In this document: positions 8,682 through 16,870 of the stretch, in pieces
Position numbering within the stretch: the stretch's first letter is position 1
Layout: each line of letters opens with the position of its first letter
NCBI RefSeq assembly: GCF_900232105.1
Contig: NZ_LT934425.1
Coordinates: 2,970,001 to 3,002,000 of the forward strand
Direction: 5' to 3'
Length of the DNA stretch: 32,000 nt
Source of the DNA: Candidatus Kuenenia stuttgartensis
Lineage (GTDB): Bacteria; Planctomycetota; Brocadiia; Brocadiales; Brocadiaceae
Program-made: the position numbers and the translations under genes
Notes under the pieces: generated by a model
The model's input: only the letters and a program-made list of their open reading frames with translations
What the model was told of the DNA's origin: nothing
The model's database searches: none

Positions 8682-9437
8682 TTAAATATCCTTTCTTTCC
8701 CTCACCTTTTCAATAAACCCAAACCCTCCGCTGTTCCTCGATCCCAATCCTGCCGCCAGTGCAAACTGCAGAAACTCAGGCTCGCCTTCCAGCCAGAAAT
8801 GGCCGGTCCATCCCTTTATAACGGTATCCTTAAAAGACCTTATCCTTTCCCTGCAATATTTCATTTGAACAGGTTCGGTCTTAATGCTATAGGGACATTC
8901 TTTTCTATGATACGCACACCATTTTTTCCTGAGATTTTCATTTATTAATGTGCTGTACTCAGATTCCGTCGGAGAGTAATAATACGTTTTTTTCGTACCA
9001 TCCCCCTTTAATAAGGTTGAATGTGTTTCTATGGGTGTTAGCGCATTGACCCGTATCTTATTTGTCTTAATATCTTCATCCTTGATAACCTCCACCGATG
9101 AGATGTTCATTAGATTCTTGCCAAACAGTAACTTTTCACTGAAAACGGTATTCTTTGCAACCTGTTCCAGAATCCAAAAGACAGGGGAAGATACGTAAAA
9201 GCTAACCATGTGGGGAAAGATGAATAATTCCTTTGATGATTGATACCTGCCTTTTTCAATAATGGAGGAAAAGGTGAATAGCTTAAAGGAACGGTTTTCC
9301 ACCTTAAAACCACCTTCATGCAGCCATTGAGCAGGTACCCTGTCGATAAGCCGGTAGATCAATGCCTGGGTTATAGCGTTAAACTCCTTTGGTAAAATAA
9401 TCTCTTTGTCCGATAGTAGGGATATTTTTAATCGCAT
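8682..9437 (-). CDS. cas6: Cas6 pre-crRNA endoribonuclease
   Basis: First gene of the operon. It has the C-terminal glycine-rich loop GLGSRNSGGFGFIE and begins MRLKISLLSDKEIILP from ATG 9437. The track's 28-aa N-terminal extension to 9521 lacks Cas6-like sequence. Confidence 0.88.
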   Translation of the reverse strand: MRLKISLLSDKEIILPKEFNAITQALIYRLIDRVPAQWLHEGGFKVENRSFKLFTFSSIIEKGRYQSSKELFIFPHMVSFYVSSPVFWILEQVAKNTVFSEKLLFGKNLMNISSVEVIKDEDIKTNKIRVNALTPIETHSTLLKGDGTKKTYYYSPTESEYSTLINENLRKKWCAYHRKECPYSIKTEPVQMKYCRERIRSFKDTVIKGWTGHFWLEGEPEFLQFALAAGLGSRNSGGFGFIEKVRERKDI

Positions 9438-9570
9438 AAAACACCAGCTAAGTAATGGAAGCCTATATTGTACGCACTTTAAATTAGGTTGGGTTTTTAA
9501 AATGCAAAAATCCAACGGCATTCATTTTTATCCACCCCTAACCCTTCCCAAGAGGGGAATTAGATGAGTC

Positions 9571-9588
9571 ACAAAAAATCGGGAATGC
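9571..9588 (+). repeat. Copy A of an 18-nt interspersed intergenic motif, ACAAAAAATCGGGAATGC
   Basis: It is an exact match to copy C and lies in the cobT-cas6 intergenic region. Confidence 0.85.
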
Positions 9589-9736
9589 CCCGAATACGCC
9601 ACCCTACTTCTTTAATCTTTTACTAATCTGTGGATTGTTTATTTTCATTCCCTTTTGTGAGCAACTGATCATGGATGTTTCATAGTAAATGATTACTATA
9701 AAATCCTTTAGAAAATCATCGCAAAACAAACATCAA

Positions 9737-10816
9737 TCAGGAATAAGGGTCTGATACACTGGCATCCTGAAAGGTTGCCATTTCATTTAATAATTTTACG
9801 CCGGCTTCTATCAGATTGATTCCCAGTGCTGCACCTGTTCCTTCTCCCAGGCGCATATTTAAATTCAATAATGGTTCTTTTCCCAAAAACTTTAACATGT
9901 GTTTGTGGCCTTGTTCCCCGGAGACATGGGATGCGATAAAATAATTGCCTGCCTTTGGTTCTAAGGCACTGGCAATTATTGCACCTGCTGTGGAAATAAA
10001 ACCGTCGAGAACGATGGGGATGCGATGGCGGGCAGCGCCAAGACACAAACCGACAATGCCGCCTATTTCGTAGCCTCCCACTTTTGCCAGGACATCAATC
10101 GGGTCATTCGGGTCGGGACGGTTAATGGCGATTGCTTTCTCTATGACAGCGATTTTTTTCTGTACCGCTTGATCATTTAGTCCGGTTCCGCGTCCGGTTG
10201 CCACGGAAACATCAACATTCCCTAAAACGGAAAAGATGGCGCTGCTGGGAGTCGTGTTGGCAATCCCCATGTCGCCCAGTCCAATAATGTCCAATCCGTC
10301 CTGAAGTTCTTCTTCGATGAGTTCTATGCCCATTTCAATGGATTTAACAGCGTCTTCCCTGGACATTGCCGGCCCCAACGCCATATTATTTGTGCCGTGT
10401 TTCCATTTTTTTATCTTGAGACCCGGAGAAGGAGGAATGTTTGAGGCGACGCCGCAATCCACCACAATTACCTTTGCACCGGTTTGCCTTGCCAGGACGT
10501 TGATAGCTGCCCCTTCACGAATAAAATTTTGTACCATTTCGCGGGTAACTTGCTGAGGGAATGCGCTTACCCCTTCCGCAATAACACCATGATCCCCTGC
10601 AAGTGTAAATATCTTTTTATGCCTTATTCCGCAAGAGAGGCTTCCTTTTATTGAATAATATATGGTTGCCAGTTCTTCCAGCCTTCCCAAACTTCCCCTT
10701 GGTATAGCAAGAGTATCAAACCTGGCCTTAATGTGCCCCTGCGGGTCAATTAGAACGGTTTCTATGTTTTCGATAGTTTGTTTTAGATATGGCATTTGCG
10801 GGTATATATGTTGCAT
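9737..10816 (-). CDS. cobT: Nicotinate-nucleotide--dimethylbenzimidazole phosphoribosyltransferase
   Basis: 359 aa with an ATG start. CobT hallmarks are present: SLGRLEELA, GDMGIANTTPSSA, GGYEIGG and LGEGTGAAL. Confidence 0.9.
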   Translation of the reverse strand: MQHIYPQMPYLKQTIENIETVLIDPQGHIKARFDTLAIPRGSLGRLEELATIYYSIKGSLSCGIRHKKIFTLAGDHGVIAEGVSAFPQQVTREMVQNFIREGAAINVLARQTGAKVIVVDCGVASNIPPSPGLKIKKWKHGTNNMALGPAMSREDAVKSIEMGIELIEEELQDGLDIIGLGDMGIANTTPSSAIFSVLGNVDVSVATGRGTGLNDQAVQKKIAVIEKAIAINRPDPNDPIDVLAKVGGYEIGGIVGLCLGAARHRIPIVLDGFISTAGAIIASALEPKAGNYFIASHVSGEQGHKHMLKFLGKEPLLNLNMRLGEGTGAALGINLIEAGVKLLNEMATFQDASVSDPYS

Positions 10817-10988
10817 TCGGTTGTAAGTTTTTTTATAGTGAGACTTATGGAATTGCCACGGAAGAATGCCTTTTTTGTAAGGTTTTTATTTACCTGCCCA
10901 GTGTGCTTTGTGTTTGAAATCTTATCTGATGCGGCATTGCTGCGCTATGTTAATATATATCAGTAAATAAATTCAAGTCATATTTGTC

Positions 10989-12704
10989 ATGAAGAATTCT
11001 ACCCATTTAATAGAGCAGGTCTTACTCAACAAGATAATAGATAAAGACCAGTTAAAAAAGGCGAAAGAAATACAGTCTAAAAAACTAATTGGGCTGGAAG
11101 ATGCACTGGTGGAGCTTGGCTATACCACCCATAAGGAGATAATTAAATGTTTATCATGGCATTATGATTTGCCGGTGCTTGATCTTGCGAACCTGGAGAT
11201 ACCTGACGAAATAATTAATTTACTGCCCACGCACATTATTAAAAAAAACGGTATTTTACCCATATCAAAAAAAAGCGGCGTGATAACCATAGCAACGAGT
11301 CGGCCTCCCGACCTTGGATTTATGGATAATTTACGGTTTATATTGGGTTCGGATATTAAATTTATTCTTGCCACCGCTGAACAGATTGCATATGCCTTTC
11401 GCAAAAACTGTCATAATGAATCAACTGAAATGGTAGGTTCGTTGCTGAAAGAAATAAGGATGGGCGATGTCACCATAGTTCAAACGGAGAGTGAATCTGG
11501 CGGGGCATATCGGAGTGAAGCCAAATCCGCAGAAGACGACAGCCCTGTTATACAATTAGTTTCGCTTATTATAAATAAAGCCATTGTTGCACGTGCGAGC
11601 GATATCCATGTTGAGCCGCTTTTAAGCAAGCTGCGCATCCGTTATCGCATTGATGGCGTATGCCAGGAGGCGGAAGTCTTACCAAAAAATCTTCAGGATT
11701 CAATTATTTCCCGCATAAAAATACTTACCGATATGGATATTTCTGAAAAAAGGAGGCCGCAGGACGGAAGGATAAGCCTTTATCTTTCAGGGAAGGATAT
11801 GGATATACGTGTATCATGCCTACCTTCCATTTACGGTGAAAGCATTGTTATGCGTTTACTGGAAAAATCACAAACGCTGATGTGTATTAAAAATCTTGGA
11901 CTTTGCACAAGTGATTTTCAGCGTTTTCAATCGATTATTAAAATGCCAAACGGTATATTTCTCATTACAGGCCCTACCGGCAGCGGGAAAACGACAACGC
12001 TCTACGCAATTATTAATGAACTCAACCAGACGGGCGTAAAAATTGTTACGGCGGAAGATCCCGTTGAATACACAATAAAAGGCGTTAATCAAAGCGAGGT
12101 GCATGATAAAATCGGTTTTACTTTCCCAAAGATTTTAAGGACTATGCTCCGTCAGGACCCAAATGTTATACTTGTCGGGGAAATCCGTGATACAGAAACT
12201 GCGGATATTGCAATTGCTTCCGCCCTGACAGGACACCTTGTCCTCAGCACCCTTCATACGAACGATGCACCCTCCGCCATTACCAGGCTCATTGATATGA
12301 ACATTAAACCGTTTCTTGTTTCGACCTCTTTGCAGGGAATCATGGCGCAACGGCTGGTGAGGGCGATATGCCACGATTGCAGGGAACAGACGCATTATAC
12401 GCCGGAACAAATCACGCAAATGGGTTTCGATCCAGGCATGTTTACGGAATATTATTTCTATAAGGGAAAAGGGTGCAAGAAGTGCAATAATATTGGTTTT
12501 AAAGGCAGGATCGGCATATACGAACTTTTGGAGATGAATGAGACCATGCGCGATATGGCGTACAACGCAGCTTCTACCGATGAAATGAGAAAAGCGGCAA
12601 AAACAGCGGGAATGACCACGCTGAAAGAGGACGGCATCAGGAAGGCAAAAGAAGGCAGGACCACCCTGGAAGAGATATTCAGGGTGACCGGAACGGAAGA
12701 GTGA
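10989..12704 (+). CDS. gspE: GspE/PilB-family secretion ATPase, paralogue 1
   Basis: 571 aa. It has an N-terminal T2SSE_N-like helical domain, Walker A GPTGSGKTTT, an Asp box, Walker B ILVGEIRD, a His box TGHLVLSTLHTN, and a tetracysteine CHDC...CKKC. Confidence 0.9.
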   Translation: MKNSTHLIEQVLLNKIIDKDQLKKAKEIQSKKLIGLEDALVELGYTTHKEIIKCLSWHYDLPVLDLANLEIPDEIINLLPTHIIKKNGILPISKKSGVITIATSRPPDLGFMDNLRFILGSDIKFILATAEQIAYAFRKNCHNESTEMVGSLLKEIRMGDVTIVQTESESGGAYRSEAKSAEDDSPVIQLVSLIINKAIVARASDIHVEPLLSKLRIRYRIDGVCQEAEVLPKNLQDSIISRIKILTDMDISEKRRPQDGRISLYLSGKDMDIRVSCLPSIYGESIVMRLLEKSQTLMCIKNLGLCTSDFQRFQSIIKMPNGIFLITGPTGSGKTTTLYAIINELNQTGVKIVTAEDPVEYTIKGVNQSEVHDKIGFTFPKILRTMLRQDPNVILVGEIRDTETADIAIASALTGHLVLSTLHTNDAPSAITRLIDMNIKPFLVSTSLQGIMAQRLVRAICHDCREQTHYTPEQITQMGFDPGMFTEYYFYKGKGCKKCNNIGFKGRIGIYELLEMNETMRDMAYNAASTDEMRKAAKTAGMTTLKEDGIRKAKEGRTTLEEIFRVTGTEE

Positions 12705-14458
12705 AAACGATGCAGGCAAAAAGTAAATCAAAACCGGATGCAAAAAGCGACGCACAAAGAAGACTCTTTGGGCAATTGCTGAAAGAAAATGGGTTTGCCA
12801 CAGAAGATCAAATCCAGGAAGCCCTTGCAGTGCAAAAGCAGAATGGGGGGTTGCTGGGAGATATTCTTATTAGCATGAACTATGTGACGGATCCGCAAAT
12901 AATGCAGGTGTTGAGCGAATACCTGGGAGTGGAAATTGTAAATATAGAAGATAGAGAAGTGCCGGGAGATGTGATTAATTTAGTGCCCGCTGCCATTGCG
13001 CAATTGTATAGAATTATCCCTATAAGTTATGAACAGGAGAAACAGGTTATTACGATTGCCCAGGCGAACGCCCTTGCAATTGAAACATTGGATGACTTAC
13101 GATTGGTGCTGAAACTCAACGTGAAACCGGTACTTTGCCACAAAGATTCCGTAGCCCGCGCCCTGGAAAAATATTATCCCAAAAAACATGAGTCTGTGGA
13201 GCAGTTGCTACTGGAGTTTAAGGAGGATAAGTCATATGCGCAATCTGTTTCAGGGAATTACATAGATATTGAAGAACTAAAGAAAATGGCGTCTACCGCC
13301 CCGGTGAAGAAATGGGTAGGCCTTATGTTTTTATATGCGGTTCTGGATAAAGCAAGCGATATTCATTATGAGGCTTTTGAGGATAGCTTTCGGGTACGGT
13401 ACCGGATAGACGGCGTATTGTATGAAAGGGTGTCCCCACCCAGAGAGCTTGGCATTCCTATTAATTCCAGGATAAAGGTAATGGCGGGAATGGATATCTC
13501 GGAAAGAAGACTGCCGCAGGATGGAAGGATAAAACTGAATGTTGGCGGCGCGTCAATAGATTTGCGTGTTTCTACGCTTCCGACAAAATTCGGGGAAAGC
13601 ATTGTGATGCGACTGCTCGATAAGTCGGCGGTATCACTTAGTTTGGACAAGCTGGGGTTCAGGTCTGAAGAATTAAAAAATATCTATCAATTGCTGAATA
13701 TCCCGAATGGTATAATTCTCGTTACAGGCCCTACGGGGTCTGGCAAGACGACTACATTGTACGCCGCATTAAACTATTTGAACGAAATAACCACTAAGAT
13801 AATAACCACTGAAGATCCTGTAGAATATGATGTTGACGGGCTTATTCAGGTGCAGGTAAACCCGTCGATAGGCGTTGACTTTGCAAGTTGCCTGCGGTCT
13901 ATTTTGCGCCAGGATCCTGATATTATACTTGTTGGTGAAATCAGGGATGAGGAAACGGCCAGGATTGCCATACAGGCTTCATTGACGGGTCATTTGGTTT
14001 TTAGTACGTTACACACAAACGACGCCCCGCTTACGATAACGCGTTTAATTGATATCGGTGTTAAACCTTATTTGATTGCTTCAACACTGGAATGTGTCAT
14101 CAGCCAGCGGTTGGTAAGGAAAATATGTGCATCATGCAAAGAAGAATATGAGCCTTCCGATGAATTGTTAAATGAGTTGAATCTCACAAAAGCCATAGCG
14201 GAGGGAAAAAGATTTTTCCGGGGGAGAGGGTGTAGTGATTGCAGAAAAATCGGATACAGGGGACGTATGGGTATATATGAAATAATGCCTGTCAATGAAG
14301 AAATACGGGGTTTAATTACCGAACAGGCAAGTACAAATGTAATAAGGAATGTTGCAAGAAAAAACGGCATGAATACATTGCGCGAAAACGGACTAAAAGC
14401 AATTTTTGAGGGGCAAACAACGGTTGAAGAGGTTGTACGTGAAACCATTTCCACATAA
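12701..14458 (+). CDS. gspE: GspE/PilB-family secretion ATPase, paralogue 2
   Basis: 585 aa with the same motif set (GPTGSGKTTT, ILVGEIRD, TGHLVFSTLHTN, CASC...CSDC). The GTG at 12701 overlaps the upstream stop (GTGA). ATG 12710, with GGAAGAG upstream, is an equally plausible start. Confidence 0.9.
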   Translation: MKTMQAKSKSKPDAKSDAQRRLFGQLLKENGFATEDQIQEALAVQKQNGGLLGDILISMNYVTDPQIMQVLSEYLGVEIVNIEDREVPGDVINLVPAAIAQLYRIIPISYEQEKQVITIAQANALAIETLDDLRLVLKLNVKPVLCHKDSVARALEKYYPKKHESVEQLLLEFKEDKSYAQSVSGNYIDIEELKKMASTAPVKKWVGLMFLYAVLDKASDIHYEAFEDSFRVRYRIDGVLYERVSPPRELGIPINSRIKVMAGMDISERRLPQDGRIKLNVGGASIDLRVSTLPTKFGESIVMRLLDKSAVSLSLDKLGFRSEELKNIYQLLNIPNGIILVTGPTGSGKTTTLYAALNYLNEITTKIITTEDPVEYDVDGLIQVQVNPSIGVDFASCLRSILRQDPDIILVGEIRDEETARIAIQASLTGHLVFSTLHTNDAPLTITRLIDIGVKPYLIASTLECVISQRLVRKICASCKEEYEPSDELLNELNLTKAIAEGKRFFRGRGCSDCRKIGYRGRMGIYEIMPVNEEIRGLITEQASTNVIRNVARKNGMNTLRENGLKAIFEGQTTVEEVVRETIST

Positions 14459-14658
14459 GCGCTAAGTTAACATTACGGATTAATTTAACCGTGTAATGAA
14501 ATTTACATATTCGCGTTTATTAGCGTCATTGGCGGTTCCTTTATTAACCGTGAATACACGCAAATAGACGCTAATGAAAAACGAATATCGAACAAGGAAT
14601 TTCGAATTATGAAGTTTTCTTATCCTCCGACATTCATTTCATGGGGTCAGGACGAAAC

Positions 14659-14691
14659 AACCCTGACAGGGTTACAAACCCTGTCAGGGTT
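14659..14691. repeat. Two adjacent 15-bp perfect palindromes, AACCCTGACAGGGTT and AACCCTGTCAGGGTT
   Basis: The copies at 14659-14673 and 14677-14691 are separated by ACA. Each is a perfect 7+1+7 palindrome. Confidence 0.9.
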
Positions 14692-14730
14692 AACACTACG
14701 GTAACGTTTTATTAAAACATGGCGGAAGTC

Positions 14731-14748
14731 GCAAAAAATCAGGAATGC
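14731..14748 (+). repeat. Copy B of the 18-nt motif (GCAAAAAATCAGGAATGC, 16/18)
   Basis: It lies 48 nt upstream of the gspF ATG, in the same orientation as copies A and C. The GTC flank is shared with copy A. Confidence 0.8.
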
Positions 14749-14796
14749 ACCCGCTTAGGGGGGTTGTTTCTTTAAATTAAATTGAGAGATTATGTA

Positions 14797-16050
14797 ATGT
14801 CCATTTTTCAATATTATGCGGTAAACAGTACAGGAAAGAAGATAAAGGAGAGGATAGAAGCGGCATCATCGGAGGAGGCGATTTCTAAAATCCGCGGATT
14901 AGGCTATTTCCCTACCGGCATAAAAGAATTAACTGTACGTGGAAAATCGGCGGAACAACATGCCGCGAAAACGCAGAAGAAAAAATTTGGCGAGATAAAT
15001 ATATCTATTGGAGGAGTAAAGTCTAAGCATTTGACGCTGTTTACGCGTCAGTTATCCACATTACAGGATGCGGGTTTGCCCATAATCAGGAGTTTGCAGA
15101 TACTTGCCGCACAGCTTAAAAAAGGCATGCTGAAAAAAACGGTGCTGAAGGTCATTGAAAATATTGAAGGCGGAAGCACATTTTCGGGAGCGCTTGCAAG
15201 ACATCCGCGGGTATTCGACAAGCTATACGTAAATATTGTCAAAGCTGGTGAAATAAGTGGTTCATTGGATATCATTTTGAGGAGACTGGCTGATTTCAGG
15301 GAAAAGATGGAACGGCTTATCCGAAAAATAATAACCGCTATGATTTATCCTTCTGTGGTGGTCGTGGTTGCTGCGGCAATCCTTATAGGCCTTATGATCT
15401 TTGTCGTACCCAATTTTGCGAAAATATTCGATGAACTGGGATTAGACCTGCCTGCCCCAACCAGGATGCTGATTCAGTTCAGCACTGCTCTTAAGACAAA
15501 TTGGATGTATTTGCCTGCCGTGCCCGTTGGAACTTTTATTTTTTACAAACTCGTAAGAATGATTAAGAAGGTGAGGCTGCTCATTGACCGGGCAAAATTT
15601 AAGATACCGGTTTTTGGGGCAATAATAAATAAATCTACCGTATCCCGGTTTACCCGTACCCTTGCGACGTTAACATCAAGCGGTGTGCCTATTTTAGATT
15701 CGCTCATAAATTCGAAAGATACCACCGGAAATGCCGCTGTTGCCCAGGCGATACAAAATATTCATGATAGTATCCGCAGCGGAGAAACTATCGCAAAACC
15801 GCTGCGTGAATCAAAGATTTGCAATGAAATAGTCGTCAATATGGTTGAGGTAGGAGAGGAAACTGGCGAGCTGGAAAAAATGCTTACAAAGGTTGCCGAC
15901 AACTATGACGATGAAGTGGACAGGGCTGTTGAAGGGCTTGTAAGCCTGATAGAACCGATTATGATTGTGTTTTTGGGTGGTTCGGTTGGGTTTATTGTAA
16001 TCGCCATGTTTCTGCCTCTCGTAAAATTGATGCAGAGTATCGGCGGGTAA
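14797..16050 (+). CDS. gspF: GspF/PilC-family inner-membrane platform protein
   Basis: About 417 aa from ATG 14797 (MSIFQYYAVNSTGK...; the track start at 14782 is a TTG). It contains two GspF repeats and three hydrophobic segments. Confidence 0.88.
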   Translation: MSIFQYYAVNSTGKKIKERIEAASSEEAISKIRGLGYFPTGIKELTVRGKSAEQHAAKTQKKKFGEINISIGGVKSKHLTLFTRQLSTLQDAGLPIIRSLQILAAQLKKGMLKKTVLKVIENIEGGSTFSGALARHPRVFDKLYVNIVKAGEISGSLDIILRRLADFREKMERLIRKIITAMIYPSVVVVVAAAILIGLMIFVVPNFAKIFDELGLDLPAPTRMLIQFSTALKTNWMYLPAVPVGTFIFYKLVRMIKKVRLLIDRAKFKIPVFGAIINKSTVSRFTRTLATLTSSGVPILDSLINSKDTTGNAAVAQAIQNIHDSIRSGETIAKPLRESKICNEIVVNMVEVGEETGELEKMLTKVADNYDDEVDRAVEGLVSLIEPIMIVFLGGSVGFIVIAMFLPLVKLMQSIGG

Positions 16051-16083
16051 CATTTGTAGTAAATCAGAGATTTTAAACTACAG

Positions 16084-16127
16084 TCGGCAATCGGCAAATT
16101 GCAGATTGGGGATTGGGATTGGGATTG
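16084..16127 (+). repeat. Short tandem repeats: TCGGCAA x2, then GATTGGG x2 followed by ATTGGG and a partial unit ATTG
   Basis: These are read directly from the sequence: TCGGCAATCGGCAA at 16084-16097 and GATTGGGGATTGGGATTGGGATTG at 16104-16127, in the gspF-Nudix spacer. Confidence 0.85.
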
Positions 16128-16198
16128 AAAACTGAGGACTGAATCACGAGAGGCGAGAGACGAGGGAAACAACCTCGGGGTTATTTTGTACCGATCCC

Positions 16199-16798
16199 AT
16201 GAACGGTTACAAAAAATCGGGAATGCTCTGGCTTTGGACAGGACAAAAACGAAATTTAACATGTTTTATAAAAGGTGCTATAGTGATAGTTTACTCCGGA
16301 ATAAGAATAAGTGTAAGGAAGGATGAAGTTGCTCTTGATGACGGAAGAAAGGTGATGCGGGAGGTAGTTGACCATCCCGGCTCTGCCGCCATCATTCCTT
16401 TTATTGCAAACGATGAGATTCTGTTAATTAAACAATACCGGTATGCGGTAAACGAAACGATATATGAAATACCAGCCGGTACCCTTGATGAAGGCGAGAC
16501 TTTTTTTGAATGTGCAAACCGGGAACTGGAAGAAGAAACAGGGTATAAAGCAGGCATTCTTACCCCTTTGTCGGTCATTTATCCGTCTCCCGGTATTTTG
16601 AATGAAACCATGCATCTTTATAAGGCAACAAACCTGATCAAAACGAAAACGAATCATCAGGCAGATGAATCAATCAAAGGGATTGTTGCGATTAAAGTAA
16701 AAGAAGCGTCTGAAATGATAAAAAGGGGGGAGATCAAAGATGCAAAAACGGTGTGCTGTATTTTAATGACGATTTCGGGGGTTCACGTTTTTAAATAA
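16199..16798 (+). CDS. Nudix hydrolase (ADP-ribose pyrophosphatase-like)
   Basis: It has a complete Nudix box, GTLDEGETFFECANRELEEETGY. The start is uncertain because the first ~28 codons of the track ORF run through an intergenic repeat (copy C of the 18-nt motif). GTG 16283 (AAAGGTG upstream) gives a more typical ~171-aa protein. Confidence 0.85.
   Translation: MNGYKKSGMLWLWTGQKRNLTCFIKGAIVIVYSGIRISVRKDEVALDDGRKVMREVVDHPGSAAIIPFIANDEILLIKQYRYAVNETIYEIPAGTLDEGETFFECANRELEEETGYKAGILTPLSVIYPSPGILNETMHLYKATNLIKTKTNHQADESIKGIVAIKVKEASEMIKRGEIKDAKTVCCILMTISGVHVFK
16209..16226 (+). repeat. Copy C of the 18-nt motif, ACAAAAAATCGGGAATGC
   Basis: It is an exact match to copy A and lies 56 nt upstream of the probable Nudix GTG start. 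Confidence 0.85.
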
Positions 16799-16870
16799 AG
16801 CACGTTTGTGAGTACGTTAAGTATATTTTATTGACAACAAGTGAAACGCTATGATAGGGGGCTCTCTGAT

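Noticed and set aside
9110-9319. A 69-aa same-strand ORF nested inside cas6.
   Set aside because: It is in a different frame of a gene with clear Cas6 motifs, and it has no SD or family resemblance.
10817-10988. Possible cobalamin riboswitch in the cobT upstream region.
   Set aside because: The region is only about 170 nt, and on the cobT strand there is no convincing B12 box (only GCACACTGGGCAGG) or the usual conserved stems.
12135-12755. A 206-aa minus-strand ORF, plus the smaller ORFs at 11162..11404, 11868..12104 and 12458..12664.
   Set aside because: They lie entirely antisense to a well-supported gspE gene, have Arg/Pro/His-rich low-complexity composition and show no recognisable motifs. 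They are shadow ORFs.
14640-14700. Resemblance of GGACGAAACAACC plus adjacent hairpins to a c-di-GMP (GEMM-type) riboswitch upstream of gspF.
   Set aside because: Only a short loose match to the GGACGCAAAGCC-type core is present. The tetraloop/receptor architecture and other conserved positions are absent, and the hairpins are better explained as copies of the 15-bp palindrome repeat.
14609-14704. A small ORF, MKFSYPPTFISWGQDETTLTGLQTLSGLTLR, and the similar mini-ORF at 9564..9626 (MSHKKSGMPRIRHPTSLIFY).
   Set aside because: Both are translations of intergenic repeat and palindrome sequence. The 18-nt motif is read in different frames in different copies, so a conserved peptide is unlikely.
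16104-16127. G-quadruplex potential of GGGGATTGGGATTGGGATTG.
   Set aside because: Only three G-runs of three or more are present, and the fourth unit is truncated. It is not a canonical four-run G4 motif.
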